DNA of 64,000 nucleotides from Verrucomicrobiota bacterium (GCA_039798785.1 JBDKFG010000010.1:23733-87732), one strand, 5' to 3'. Shown: positions 11,834 through 21,982, counted from the stretch's first letter. Translations and numbers: made by a program. The notes: a model not told the origin generated them from the letters alone.

Positions 11834-12541
11834 TCAGTGCGGAGCGCAGCGGCTGAGCACCGAGATCAAGGCGGTGCAAGCGGTTTCGGTGCGCAGGACG
11901 TGACGACCGACGCAGAGACCGTCGACGCCGCGGGCTTTGAGAGCCTTGATCTCCTTGTCGCTGAAGCCGCCTTCGGGACCGACGAAGAGGGCGAGGTCGC
12001 CGTAGATCTCGCCGAGATTCTCGACCGCGCTGTTTTCTTCAGGGATGGCGCCGTAATAGGAGTGGGCCGGTGCGGCCGCCAGAGCCTTGTCGAAGGCAAT
12101 CAAGGAGACGATTTCCGGCAGCCAGGGGTTGCCGCTCTGTTTCAAGGCAGCGACAAGATCGGGCTCGTAGTCGTCAGCGGTCTTGTCAGTAGGACGCGAC
12201 ACAGAGCGCTCGCAGTCGAGCAGGACGATACGCCAGACGCCGAGTTCGACTGCCTGCTTGAGGATCTGGGTGAGGAGGGAGTTCGCAGGGGGCGCGACAT
12301 AAAGATGCAGTTTCAAGCGCGGCGGCAAGGCTTGATGGCGCGAAGTGATCTCAGCCAAGACTTCGTCGCGGCCGGCACCCATTCGCGTCAAAGCCCGGGC
12401 GACACAGCCCTTGCCGTCGAGCAATTGAATTTCATCGCCAGGACGGCCGCGCAAAGCACGGAGGAAGTGGCGGGCCTCGTCGCGCGGCAGTTCGACGCTT
12501 TCACCCAGGGCGGGAATATGGGGAACCAGGAAGCTCGGCAT
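11834..12541 (-). CDS. rsmE: 16S rRNA m3U1498 methyltransferase
   Basis: HFLRALR, KQAVELGV, FVGPEGGFS, VLRTETA. Confidence 0.93.
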   Translation of the reverse strand: MPSFLVPHIPALGESVELPRDEARHFLRALRGRPGDEIQLLDGKGCVARALTRMGAGRDEVLAEITSRHQALPPRLKLHLYVAPPANSLLTQILKQAVELGVWRIVLLDCERSVSRPTDKTADDYEPDLVAALKQSGNPWLPEIVSLIAFDKALAAAPAHSYYGAIPEENSAVENLGEIYGDLALFVGPEGGFSDKEIKALKARGVDGLCVGRHVLRTETACTALISVLSRCAPH

Positions 12542-12553
12542 GGGGGACCTATC

Positions 12554-12581
12554 AATTAAGAATTAAGAATTAAGAATTAAA
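12554..12581 (+). repeat. (AATTAAG)n heptamer array, left arm
   Basis: 3 perfect AATTAAG + AATTAAA. Confidence 0.92.
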
Positions 12582-12601
12582 GGAAGCGAAGGATTGTGGG
12601 T

Positions 12602-12961
12602 TTATTGGCATGATTTCCTCCATAATAAATCTTTTGTCGAGTTGCCATAGCAATCTTTGATGTCAGGATCGGCTCCAAGTTGCAATAAAAGTCGTATGAT
12701 GTCAATGGATCCCAATGATGCTGCTAAGGCTAATGGAGTAGTGTTGTAGTCGCCACGAGCATTAAGATCCAAGCCATTCGCAATCAGGAAACGGATTTCC
12801 TCTTCGTTTTTTCGTCCAACTGCGACATGCAACAAGGTGTCATTGCAAGAGTTTTTGGCATTAAGATTGACTCCAAAGAACTTGCCTCTGCACTTAATGC
12901 TATAGCCCTCTTCAGCTTGATCCAATAATCCAGTTAAGTTAATGATTTTTCTTGCGCTCAT
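12602..12961 (-). CDS. Small ankyrin-repeat protein, AT-rich
   Basis: DTLLHVAV...IRFLIANGLDLNARGDYNTTPLALAASLGSIDIIRLLLQLGADPDIKDCYG; visibly much lower GC than its neighbours. Confidence 0.9.
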   Translation of the reverse strand: MSARKIINLTGLLDQAEEGYSIKCRGKFFGVNLNAKNSCNDTLLHVAVGRKNEEEIRFLIANGLDLNARGDYNTTPLALAASLGSIDIIRLLLQLGADPDIKDCYGNSTKDLLWRKSCQ

Positions 12962-12972
12962 GGGTGCTCATT

Positions 12973-13000
12973 CTTAATTCTTAATTCTTAATTCTTAATT
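12973..13000 (-). repeat. (CTTAATT)4 heptamer array, right arm (inverted relative to 12554-12581)
   Basis: 4 perfect CTTAATT units. Confidence 0.92.
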
Positions 13001-13002
13001 TT

Positions 13003-13443
13003 TTAGATTTTCCATTCCTTCAGGCCTTGGGCGCTGAGGGCTTGGAAGACGGCGGCGTATTGGCGGATCTGCTTGAGCAGGGAGGAAAGGCCGTTGCGGC
13101 GGTTCATCGACAGGTGTTGCGAGACACCGGCTTTTTCGAGGGCGCTGGGGTCGACGGCGATGACTTCTGCGGGGCTGAGGCCGGAGTGGAGGCGGCAGAC
13201 GGCGACGCCGAGGCCCTTGGGGATGGTGGCATCGGAATCGCAGGAGAAGTTGACCAGGCCGTCCTGGAAGGAAGGGACGAGCCAGAGTTGCGAGGTGCAG
13301 CCCTGGATGCGGTATTTGTCGATCTTGAAGTCTTCTGCGAGGGGGGCTTCGGAGCGACCGAGGCGGATGAGGAATTCGAAGCGTTCGTCGGGGCCCGGGA
13401 GGGCGGCGATTTCTGCGAGCAGGGCCTTTTGAGAATCAAGCAT
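13003..13443 (-). CDS. sufE: SufE family Fe-S cluster sulfur-acceptor protein
   Basis: RFEFLIRLGR, RIQGCTSQLW, DSDATIPKG, LSMNRRNGL. Confidence 0.9.
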   Translation of the reverse strand: MLDSQKALLAEIAALPGPDERFEFLIRLGRSEAPLAEDFKIDKYRIQGCTSQLWLVPSFQDGLVNFSCDSDATIPKGLGVAVCRLHSGLSPAEVIAVDPSALEKAGVSQHLSMNRRNGLSSLLKQIRQYAAVFQALSAQGLKEWKI

Positions 13444-14257
13444 GATGACGGTTCCGGATGAGTTGCCAGGCCCAGATGCCGAAGAACTGGGCCGAGCTGA
13501 TGAGGATGATGGTGGCGCCGGCGGGGCTGTTCGACCAGTAGGAGCAATATAGGCCGAGGATGCTGGATGACATCGCCAAGGCGGCTGCGACCGCCATCAT
13601 GGAATTGAGCCGATGACAGAGAAGGCGGGCGGTGGCGGCGGGAATGATGGCCAGAGCCGAGACCATCATCACTCCGACGGCGCTGATGCCGGCGACCAGG
13701 GCGAGTGAGAAGATCATCAGCAGCGACAGTCGAAGTCGGTCGGGGTTGATGCCGATGCTCTGGGCGTAGATCGGGTCGGCGGCGGCGAGTGCCAGCTCCT
13801 TGCCGAGGCCGAAGAGGATGGCCAGGCAGATCAGCGTCGCGATGCCCATCATCAATAGATTTTCAGGAGTCACCGAGAGCAGTGAGCCGAAGAGGATGTG
13901 CTGGAGGTTTTTGAAGGAGCTTGACTTGGAGAGGAGGAAATAGCCGAGGGCAAGCATCGAGGTGAAGACCACCATCAAGGCGCCGTCTTCGCCGATGCGA
14001 CCTTTGCGGGCGACGGCTCCGATGAGCAGGGCGGCGCCGATGGTGCCGATCAAGGCGCCGGCCTGGAGGTTGACGCCCAGGAGGGCTGCAGCCGCGACGC
14101 CGGGCAGGGAGGCGTGCGCCAGTGCGTCGCCGATGAATCCGATGCGGCGAAGCAGGACGTGGCAGCCGAGGATCGCGCAGAGCGGCGCGATGAGGAGCAG
14201 CGCCATGAAGGCCCGCCGCATGAAGACTTCTTGCCAGGGATCGAGGAGCCAGTGCAT
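13436..14257 (-). CDS. Zn/Mn ABC transporter permease
   Basis: GFIGDALAHASLPG, multiple TM helices, IIPAATAR. Confidence 0.92.
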   Translation of the reverse strand: MHWLLDPWQEVFMRRAFMALLLIAPLCAILGCHVLLRRIGFIGDALAHASLPGVAAAALLGVNLQAGALIGTIGAALLIGAVARKGRIGEDGALMVVFTSMLALGYFLLSKSSSFKNLQHILFGSLLSVTPENLLMMGIATLICLAILFGLGKELALAAADPIYAQSIGINPDRLRLSLLMIFSLALVAGISAVGVMMVSALAIIPAATARLLCHRLNSMMAVAAALAMSSSILGLYCSYWSNSPAGATIILISSAQFFGIWAWQLIRNRHHA

Positions 14258-14326
14258 GAGTGAATCCAGGGAGTGAGGGAGTGGGAGAGTGGGCTTGAGC
14301 TTGTTGACGCTCGAACGGCCAGGGGC

Positions 14327-15070
14327 TCAAGGCCCTGCCGGTTGGCGCAGGTCGACTTCCTTCTCGATCCGCCCCATGTTCATGTGGACCTGGCGATCGA
14401 AGTGGTTCTCAAGGTCGTCGAGATGGTGGGTGGCGGTGATCAGGGTCCGCCCTTCGGCCGAGAGCCCGTCGAAGAGCTGGAGCATTTCCTGGCGGCTTTC
14501 CGGGTCGAGGGCATTGAAGGGTTCGTCGAGAAGGAGCAGGTCGGCTTCCTGGATCAAGGCGCGGCCGATCAGAGCGCGCTGCTGCTGCCCGCCCGAGAGC
14601 TGGCCGATCTGCCGCTGCAGGAAGGGGGCGAGACGGAGCTTGGCGGCGATTTCGACGACCCGGGCGCGATCCTCTACCGAGGGGCGCTTGAGCCAACCGA
14701 GGTGGACGAAGCGGCCGCTGAGCAGCAGGTCCATCAGGGTCATCGGGAAGGTCCAGTCGACGCTGGAGCGCTGCGCCAGGTAGGCGATGCGGTGGCGGCA
14801 GGAGCTGGGGCTGTGGCCGCCGACGAGCAGCTCACCCTCGGTGCGCGGCACCAGCCCGGCGATGGCCTTCAGCACGGTCGATTTGCCGCAGCCGTTGTGA
14901 CCGGTGAGGGCGAGCCGTTCGCCGGTCTTGACGGCGAAGCTGACGCCGCAGACCGCGTGAATGCCGCCGGCGTAGCTGACGCAGAGGCCTCGCAGCGCCA
15001 TCGCGGCGACGCCGCTGTGGCTATGGGTGCAGGTGGCGGCTTCCTGGCGTCCGCCATAAGGAAGGATCAT
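14327..15070 (-). CDS. Zn/Mn ABC transporter ATP-binding protein
   Basis: GHNGCGKS, LSGGQQQR, LLLDEP, YLAQRSSVDWTFP. Confidence 0.93.
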   Translation of the reverse strand: MILPYGGRQEAATCTHSHSGVAAMALRGLCVSYAGGIHAVCGVSFAVKTGERLALTGHNGCGKSTVLKAIAGLVPRTEGELLVGGHSPSSCRHRIAYLAQRSSVDWTFPMTLMDLLLSGRFVHLGWLKRPSVEDRARVVEIAAKLRLAPFLQRQIGQLSGGQQQRALIGRALIQEADLLLLDEPFNALDPESRQEMLQLFDGLSAEGRTLITATHHLDDLENHFDRQVHMNMGRIEKEVDLRQPAGP

Positions 15071-15219
15071 AGGAGCTTCCAAGGTTGAAAGGTGGAAAGG
15101 TGCAATGCTTCAAAAGTTGATTGACGATGGCAAGTGCGAGAGGGCTTGGCCGCCTCGACAGCCTCGTTCAATGCCTTTTGCAGGCTATGGGTTTTCATTC
15201 GTCCGCCTTTCCATCCTGT

Positions 15220-16161
15220 TCATTTCAGGGCCTGGATCATGGTGCTGAGATTGGAGCGGAACATCGCCTCGTAGCTGGGCGTGTCCGGCCCGAGGCCGTC
15301 GCAGTGGAGCAGCTCCATCTTGATGCCGATCTCTCCGGCGACCGTGGCTGCGAGCTTGTCCGGTCCGGGAGCCTCGCCGAAGATCGCCGGGATCTTCGCC
15401 TCGCGCAGCTTCTGGCACAGCTCTTTCAAGTCGGAGGCGGCGGGGTCCGGCGCTTCGGTGCTGAAGGATTTGAGGATGACGCCGATGCGCCGGAAGTCGT
15501 AGTCGGCGGCGAAATAGCCGAAGGTGTCGTGGGTGGAGGCGATGAGGCGGCGCTCCTTGGGTAGGGCCTCGAGCTCCTTGCGGGCCCAGTTCTCAAGCTC
15601 GACCAGCTTGAAGTCGTAGGCGGCGAGACGGCTCTGGTAATAGGCTGCGTTCGACTTGTCCTCGGAGCTCAGGATCTCGCAGATCCGGGCGCACATCTGG
15701 CGGGCCTTGGCGATGCTGTGGAAGGCGTGCGGATCAATGCTGGAATGCTTGTGGGCGCAGCAGCCGTGGCAGGTGGTCTCGCCGCCGTTCTTGTCGATCA
15801 CCCGGGCTGTGATCACCTCGCCGACCGAAACCTGGCGCGCCCGGGTCCCGGCGCCAAGCGCCGCCTTGCCACACCACTCGTCGAAGCCCAGTCCGAGCGA
15901 GAAGACCACTTTTGCGCGTGAGAGCGCGCGCGCGTCACTAGGGACAGCCTCGTAAGCATGGGGGTCGGTGCCGGCCTTTGCCATCACTTCCAAATCGATT
16001 TTGTCGCCGCCGATCTCCTTCACCCAGTCGCCGATGATGCTGAAGCTGGCCACCACGGGCAGTTTTTCACCGACCCGGCCCCCTCCCGCGGCAGGCGCGC
16101 CGTCGCAGGCTCCCAGACTAAGGAGTGTCAAGAGAGCGAGGATTAAAGAGCTGAGCTTCAT
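15220..16161 (-). CDS. Zn/Mn ABC transporter substrate-binding lipoprotein (TroA/ZnuA family)
   Basis: Lipobox LGAC, DPHAYE, Cys/His loop CHGCCAHKH, DPHAF, THDTFGYF. Confidence 0.93.
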   Translation of the reverse strand: MKLSSLILALLTLLSLGACDGAPAAGGGRVGEKLPVVASFSIIGDWVKEIGGDKIDLEVMAKAGTDPHAYEAVPSDARALSRAKVVFSLGLGFDEWCGKAALGAGTRARQVSVGEVITARVIDKNGGETTCHGCCAHKHSSIDPHAFHSIAKARQMCARICEILSSEDKSNAAYYQSRLAAYDFKLVELENWARKELEALPKERRLIASTHDTFGYFAADYDFRRIGVILKSFSTEAPDPAASDLKELCQKLREAKIPAIFGEAPGPDKLAATVAGEIGIKMELLHCDGLGPDTPSYEAMFRSNLSTMIQALK

Positions 16162-16227
16162 GTCGGTTCCTGGGGTGAAAGGGTTTCGCGTGCCGAAAAA
16201 CTAGCACCGCAGCGCCATGAATCAATA

Positions 16228-16247
16228 AATGCAATCGCATTATCATT
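16228..16247. promoter_or_regulatory. Fur/Zur-family box candidate upstream of the metal ABC operon
   Basis: Minus strand reads AATGATAATGCGATTGCATT, resembling the Fur-type AT-rich inverted repeat; ~70 bp upstream of the SBP start. Confidence 0.55.
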
Positions 16248-16494
16248 AGTAAAACTGTGATTATGAAAAGTGGAAAGGAGCTTAAACTTGATTGCGTGTC
16301 CTCCGTCCTGGGGATTTCCGGGATCTTCTCTGTTTGGTTAATTCATTGTTGATAAGTGTTTTGTGTGTAAGTCAACGGGGTTCGCGGAAAATTTCCCGGG
16401 AAAAAGTGTTGGGGTTGTGACTTGCCAAGGGGCTGCAGTCTGACTAGTGTGGCATCCCCGGAGGTGACTCCGGCCATTGGGAATCAGGGGACTC

Positions 16495-17883
16495 ATGAAA
16501 ACTGACGGACAGAAAAGCTGGAAGCTGGCTCTTGAAGAGATCAAGAGCCGGGTTGAGGTCAAAGAGTACGACATGTTCTTCGCTCGTCTGAGCTTGGAGA
16601 GCTTCGATTCGGATCATTACCAGGTGCAGTCGAATCTAGATGGCTTTGCCTATCTCTGGTTCCAGAAGAACTACGAGGCGCAGATGCTCAAGCCGGCACT
16701 CGAGAAGCAGCTCGGCCGCAAGGTCAGGCTCAGCGTCTTCGAGACTCCTGAAGAAGGTGACAGGCCGCAAGCTGTCGCTCGTCAGCAGCGACGCAACGTC
16801 GCCGCCGCCGCTCCGGCTTACAGCGCTCCCGTCGCCGTGGCTCCGCCGCAGAACTTCAATCCCCGCTTCACCTTCGACAGCTTCGTCACCGGCGAAGAGA
16901 CCAAGTTCGCCGTCGCTGCCGCCAAGGCGGTCGCCGAATGTCCCGGCCATGTCTACAATCCTCTTTTCATCTACGGCGGCACCGGTCTCGGCAAAACCCA
17001 TTTGATGCAGGCCATCGCCCAGGAGGCGGTGTCGCAGAACCCCCGTCTCAGGGTGGAGTACCTGACTTCCGAGGAGTTCACCAACCGCTTCATCGAGGCG
17101 ACCCAGAAGAAGTCGCACAACGCCTTCCGCAATCATTTCCGCTCCCTCGACCTGCTGCTCATCGACGACATCCAGTTCCTCAAGGGCAAGGCCGGCACGC
17201 AGGAAGAGTTCTTCCACACTTTCAACAAGCTCTTCAACGGCCACAAGCAGATCGTCCTCGCCTCCGACCGCGCCCCCGCCGATCTCGACGGCCTGGAGAA
17301 ACGCTTGGTCTCGCGCTTCGAACACGGCCAGATCGTCGACGTCTACGCACCCGATTACGAGACCCGCGTCGCCATCTTGCGCCAGAAGCAGCAGAGCCAG
17401 AAACTCAAGCTCTCCAACGAGCTGATCGACTTCATCGCCCAGAACGTCCGCTCCAACGTCCGCCGCCTCGAAGGTGCCCTCACACGCCTGGTCTCCTACG
17501 CCTCGGTCGCCGGACGCGAACTCTCCCTCGAAGACGCCCGCCGCCAGCTCGCCGCCTTCGTCGAGGAAGAGGCGCCGGTCAAACGCGTCACCATCCAGGT
17601 CATCCAGCGCCGTGTCGCCGAACACTTCGACGTCACCCTGAAAGACCTCCTCGGTAGCCGCCGCCCTGCCAATATCGCCTTCCCCCGCCAGGTCGCGATG
17701 TACCTGTCGCGCGAACTCACCGGCGAATCCCTCCCAAGCATCGGCGACAGCTTCAACCGCAATCACGCCACCGTGCTCCATGCGGTCAATGCTGTCAAGA
17801 GCCGCCTCAGTGATGACGAGGGTCTCAGAAGCTCGATCCAGTCCATTAAAAATTCTTTCCAGAATTCCATCGGCAGCGTTTGA
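16495..17883 (+). CDS. dnaA: Chromosomal replication initiator DnaA
   Basis: YNPLFIYGGTGLGKTHL, LLLIDDIQFL, QEEFFHTFN, SNVRRLEGAL, PRQVAMYL. Confidence 0.96.
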   Translation: MKTDGQKSWKLALEEIKSRVEVKEYDMFFARLSLESFDSDHYQVQSNLDGFAYLWFQKNYEAQMLKPALEKQLGRKVRLSVFETPEEGDRPQAVARQQRRNVAAAAPAYSAPVAVAPPQNFNPRFTFDSFVTGEETKFAVAAAKAVAECPGHVYNPLFIYGGTGLGKTHLMQAIAQEAVSQNPRLRVEYLTSEEFTNRFIEATQKKSHNAFRNHFRSLDLLLIDDIQFLKGKAGTQEEFFHTFNKLFNGHKQIVLASDRAPADLDGLEKRLVSRFEHGQIVDVYAPDYETRVAILRQKQQSQKLKLSNELIDFIAQNVRSNVRRLEGALTRLVSYASVAGRELSLEDARRQLAAFVEEEAPVKRVTIQVIQRRVAEHFDVTLKDLLGSRRPANIAFPRQVAMYLSRELTGESLPSIGDSFNRNHATVLHAVNAVKSRLSDDEGLRSSIQSIKNSFQNSIGSV

Positions 17884-17907
17884 CAGATCGAAAAAGGCCA
17901 GTAAACT
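17880..17907 (+). promoter_or_regulatory. Sigma70-type promoter for the tRNA pair, overlapping the dnaA stop codon
   Basis: TTGACA-N16-TAAACT followed by a GC-rich discriminator, ~40 bp upstream of the first tRNA. Confidence 0.6.
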
Positions 17908-17945
17908 CTGGCCCGTTCCCGAAAGGGAGCACAGCCAAAACCTCC

Positions 17946-18022
<77 letters not shown>

Positions 18023-18032
18023 CCCTCTCCAA

Positions 18033-18109
<77 letters not shown>

Positions 18110-18118
18110 GATCATCTA

Positions 18119-18145
18119 GGCCGTCCGCAAGGACGGCTTTTTTTT
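18119..18145 (+). terminator. Rho-independent terminator after the tRNA pair
   Basis: GGCCGTCC-GCAA-GGACGGC followed by a T8 run. Confidence 0.85.
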
Positions 18146-18220
18146 GACCACTTCTTGGAGTTTGCAAATCTGGTAAATGTGTCGATTTTATCGGGGGCAA
18201 TGAAGTCGTGGAGGGGTTAA

Positions 18221-18865
18221 ATGACAGCAAAACTCGGCGCGATCGTGATGAGCTGTTTCTATGCCGGCTTCTGGTGCAGCTCCAACCTGCTGCGCTGGGC
18301 CGAGCCTCGAGGCGCCTATGTGGCGAGTTTCTCGGGTTGGCCCCTGGTTCAAAGCCAAAGCGTGGATCATCAATTGACTGTCCCTTCGTCGCCCTATTTC
18401 GAGGCTATGCCGGAGGCAGTCTGGGTGAATCTCCTATTTTTGCTGCTGGGGACTCTCCTGACCTTCTTCTGCAGCCTTCGGCTGCTTGACCGTCTGATCG
18501 ATAAGCCCAAGCCACGCCACATCGTCCGTCCGGACTTCAAGCTTCAGGCGGATGTCGTGGACTTCCATCCCAAAGTCCAGCGCTGGCCCTTCCTGCCGAG
18601 TCTCCGCACGATCTTCTTGTCCTTGGCGGTCTTTGCCTTCCTCTACGCCAACGTCTCGGGGTTTTTCGGCGGCTCGAGCTGCCACTCCTGGAGCGAACGC
18701 AGGGCAGGGTTCCCGCTGACCTACTGGAAAGAAACCTTCGAACTCTATTCCCCGTGGAGCTCCAGCCGGACGGAGGAATGGTGCCTCGGCAAGATGACCT
18801 TCAACCTCCTTCTGGGCCTGGCGCTCTTCGGCGCTTCCTTCCGCCTCTGTCGAAAAGGGACTTGA
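18221..18865 (+). CDS. Hypothetical membrane protein with an internally duplicated module
   Basis: Two similar blocks: TM-N...GWPL...NLL-TM and TM-N...GFPL...NLL-TM. Confidence 0.65.
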   Translation: MTAKLGAIVMSCFYAGFWCSSNLLRWAEPRGAYVASFSGWPLVQSQSVDHQLTVPSSPYFEAMPEAVWVNLLFLLLGTLLTFFCSLRLLDRLIDKPKPRHIVRPDFKLQADVVDFHPKVQRWPFLPSLRTIFLSLAVFAFLYANVSGFFGGSSCHSWSERRAGFPLTYWKETFELYSPWSSSRTEEWCLGKMTFNLLLGLALFGASFRLCRKGT

Positions 18866-19067
18866 GGAATAGACGGAAGATCGAGCTTGTGCTCGAAGCT
18901 TCCGACGCAGCCCGAGCTCCATCAGCAGGAAGGCTAGGGCGGCGCAGCGGCGCCCACGCATAGTCGGAGATCAGCCCCAGCTATCGACTGCGCCAAGCTT
19001 TTTTCATCTCCTCCGTGCTTTTCATCCGTCCCCGCGCTAAACTGAGGCGAGACACGGAGGAAATCTC

Positions 19068-21956
19068 ATGCGCGAACTGGTGGCCGAGCTGAAACGCGAG
19101 ATGCGCGGCGAGGTGTGGAGCGATGAGCTCAGCAAACGGGTCTACTCGATCGATGCTTCGATCTACCAGATCCTGCCCGTCGCCATCGCCTGCCCTCGCG
19201 ATGCCGAGGATGTCTACGCCGCGCTGCACATCGCACAACGCTGCGGCGTGCCGGTGATCCCGCGCGGCGGCGGCACCGGCATCGCCGGCGGTTGCCTCGG
19301 CGCTGGACTGGTGCTAGATATGTCGCGCCACATGAAGAAGATCCGAGAGCTCAATGTCGAAGAAGGCTGGGCTCTCTGCGAGCCGGGCGTGGTCCAGGAT
19401 CAGCTCAACCTCGCCGCCTCGCCGCACGGACTGCGACTCGGTCCCGACACCTCGACCGGCAACCGCGCCACCATCGGCGGCATGTGCGCCAACAACTCCG
19501 CCGGCTCGAACTCGCTGCGCTACGGCAAAATGGTCGATCACGTGCTGGAATGGCACGCCGCCTTCGCCGATGCCTCGCATCAGGTCGTCCGCAGTGTCGA
19601 TGCCGACGGCTTCCGCCATCTCACCGAACAGGCGACGAGCTTCGCCTCCGCCTTGCGCGAGCTGGAGAAAATCATCCATCACGGCGGCTCCGCCATCCGC
19701 GCCGCCTTCCCGACCCTGCAGCGCCGGGTCAGCGGCTACAATCTCGATGAAATGGTCAAGGGTTTCCCTCTCGATCTGCCGCGTCTGCTGGTCGGTTCGG
19801 AGGGCTCGCTCGCCCTCGGCACCCTGTTCAAAGTGCGCCTGTCGCAAAAACCGAAATTCACCGTGCTCACCGTCGTGCCCTTCGCCGACTTCCGTGCCGG
19901 CCTCGAGCTGGTGCCGGAGCTGCTGCTCACCGCGCCCTTCGCCTTCGAGATGATCGACGGCACGGTGATCCATCTCGGCCGCGCATCGCCGATGATGCGC
20001 GGCCAATTGGGCTGGCTCAAGGGCAATCCCAATCTCCTCCTCTGCCTCGAATACGATGGCGCCACACCCGGCGAAGCCCTCGCCAAACAAGAGGCGCTGC
20101 ACGCAGTGCTGAAGCGCCTGCCGGGCGTCGGCGAATGGGTCGACCTGAATGAATCGCGCCTCGCCGCCCAGGTGTGGAAGCTGCGCAAATCGGGCCTCGG
20201 CATCCTGATGTCGAAACGCGGCGAAGAACGGGCCCAGGCCTTCCTTGAGGACGTCGCGGTGCCGCCCGAACGCCTGCCGGAATTCCTCACCCGCTTCCGC
20301 TCCGTCATCGAAGATTCCGGCCGCGTCGCCGGCTTCTACGGCCACGCCGGCGTCGGCTGCATCCACGTCCGCCCGATGATCAATCTGCGCCAGGAGGAAG
20401 ACCGCCGCTGGATGGTCAAAACCATGGAAGAAGTCACCGAAGTGGTGCGCGAATTCCGCGGCTCGGTGAGCGGAGAACACGGCGACGGCCTGATCCGTTC
20501 CTGGCTCAACCCGCGCCTCTTCGGAGCCGAAGTCGACGGCCTCTTCCGGCAGCTGAAACACGCCTTTGATCCGGAGAACCGCCTCAACCCCGGCAAGATC
20601 GTCAACGGCCCGCCGCCGCTGGAGAATCTCCGGGTCGACGCCAATGTCGTCCGCGCCCCCTTGGAAACGGCGTTCGACTGGAGCCGCGAAGGCGGCATCC
20701 ACCTCGCCCTCGACATGTGCAACGGCAACGGCGAATGCACCCGTTTCAACGGCGGTCTGATGTGCCCCTCCTTCCAGGCTTCCGGCGATGAATTCCACTC
20801 CACCCGGGCTCGCGCCCAGGCGCTCAACGCGGTGATCAACGGCGGTGCCGACCCGAAGGAACTGACCTCGCCGCGGATGATGGAGATCCTCGATCTTTGC
20901 GTCGAGTGCAAAGGCTGCAAGACCGAGTGCCCCTCGCAGGTCGACATGGCCAAGCTCAAATCGGAAGTGCTGCACCGCCATCACCAAGAGCACGGCGTCC
21001 CGGCCCGCGCCCGCTTCTTCGCGGACGCCGCAAAAAGCGCCGCCCTCGGCTCGAAATTCCCGCGCATCGCCAACGCCTTGATCGGCAATTCCTTCTCCCG
21101 CCGCCTGCTCGACAAATACCTCGGGGTCAGCGCCAAACGCAGCCTGCCGCAATTGGCGCTGAAACGGGCGAGCCAATTGCTGCCCAATTACGTTCCGCAA
21201 GACTCGCTGGATCCGGTCACGGGCCAGCCGCGTCACCCGAAGCCCGTCGTCGCCCTTTTCCTCGACACCTTCACCGAGTACTACCATCCCGAGATTGCGC
21301 TCGCCGCAAACAAGGTCTTGCAAGGCATGGGATTTGTCGTCGCAGTGCCGCCGCCGGTGTGTTGCGGTCGACCCAAGATCTCGAAGGGCCTGCTCGACGA
21401 AGCGAAAGAATCGGCTCGCGCCACCGCTGCGGTCCTCTCGGCCTGGGCCGAGCGCGAAGTGCCGATCCTTGTTCTTGAGCCGGGCTGCCTGTCGGCTTTG
21501 ATCGACGATCACCTGTCCTTGCTGCCTGGGAATGCGGCAAGCGCAAAAATCTCTCAACGAGCCATCAGTTTCGACGCCTTTGTTGCCGAACACTCGGATA
21601 AACTGCTTCCCTTGTTGCGCGACGACAGCGCCGAGGTTTTGGTGCATGGCCACTGCCACCAAAAGGCCTTGCTCGGCACAGCGCACATCGCCACCCTGCT
21701 CGGCAAATTACCCGGCCTCCGCGCCAAGGAGATCGACTCCGGCTGCTGCGGCATGGCCGGCTCCTTCGGCTACGAATCCGAGCACCACGATTTCTCTCTC
21801 GCCATCGGCGAAACCCGCCTCTTCCCCGCCCTGCGTTTGGCGCCGCAAGCGCAGGTCATCGCCACCGGCTCCTCCTGCCGCAGCCAGATCGCCGATGGAG
21901 TTCAGAGGAAGGCCGAGCACTTGGCGGTGTTCTTGGCGGAGAGGATGAAGGGGTGA
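19068..21956 (+). CDS. FAD-linked oxidase with C-terminal 4Fe-4S/CCG domains (YdiJ-like)
   Basis: PRGGGTG, SGEHGDG, CNGNGEC, CVECKGCKTECP, HGHCHQ, CCGMAGSFG. Confidence 0.93.
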   Translation: MRELVAELKREMRGEVWSDELSKRVYSIDASIYQILPVAIACPRDAEDVYAALHIAQRCGVPVIPRGGGTGIAGGCLGAGLVLDMSRHMKKIRELNVEEGWALCEPGVVQDQLNLAASPHGLRLGPDTSTGNRATIGGMCANNSAGSNSLRYGKMVDHVLEWHAAFADASHQVVRSVDADGFRHLTEQATSFASALRELEKIIHHGGSAIRAAFPTLQRRVSGYNLDEMVKGFPLDLPRLLVGSEGSLALGTLFKVRLSQKPKFTVLTVVPFADFRAGLELVPELLLTAPFAFEMIDGTVIHLGRASPMMRGQLGWLKGNPNLLLCLEYDGATPGEALAKQEALHAVLKRLPGVGEWVDLNESRLAAQVWKLRKSGLGILMSKRGEERAQAFLEDVAVPPERLPEFLTRFRSVIEDSGRVAGFYGHAGVGCIHVRPMINLRQEEDRRWMVKTMEEVTEVVREFRGSVSGEHGDGLIRSWLNPRLFGAEVDGLFRQLKHAFDPENRLNPGKIVNGPPPLENLRVDANVVRAPLETAFDWSREGGIHLALDMCNGNGECTRFNGGLMCPSFQASGDEFHSTRARAQALNAVINGGADPKELTSPRMMEILDLCVECKGCKTECPSQVDMAKLKSEVLHRHHQEHGVPARARFFADAAKSAALGSKFPRIANALIGNSFSRRLLDKYLGVSAKRSLPQLALKRASQLLPNYVPQDSLDPVTGQPRHPKPVVALFLDTFTEYYHPEIALAANKVLQGMGFVVAVPPPVCCGRPKISKGLLDEAKESARATAAVLSAWAEREVPILVLEPGCLSALIDDHLSLLPGNAASAKISQRAISFDAFVAEHSDKLLPLLRDDSAEVLVHGHCHQKALLGTAHIATLLGKLPGLRAKEIDSGCCGMAGSFGYESEHHDFSLAIGETRLFPALRLAPQAQVIATGSSCRSQIADGVQRKAEHLAVFLAERMKG

Positions 21957-21982
21957 ACGAGATGGGGGCGAGTTGCCTTCTC

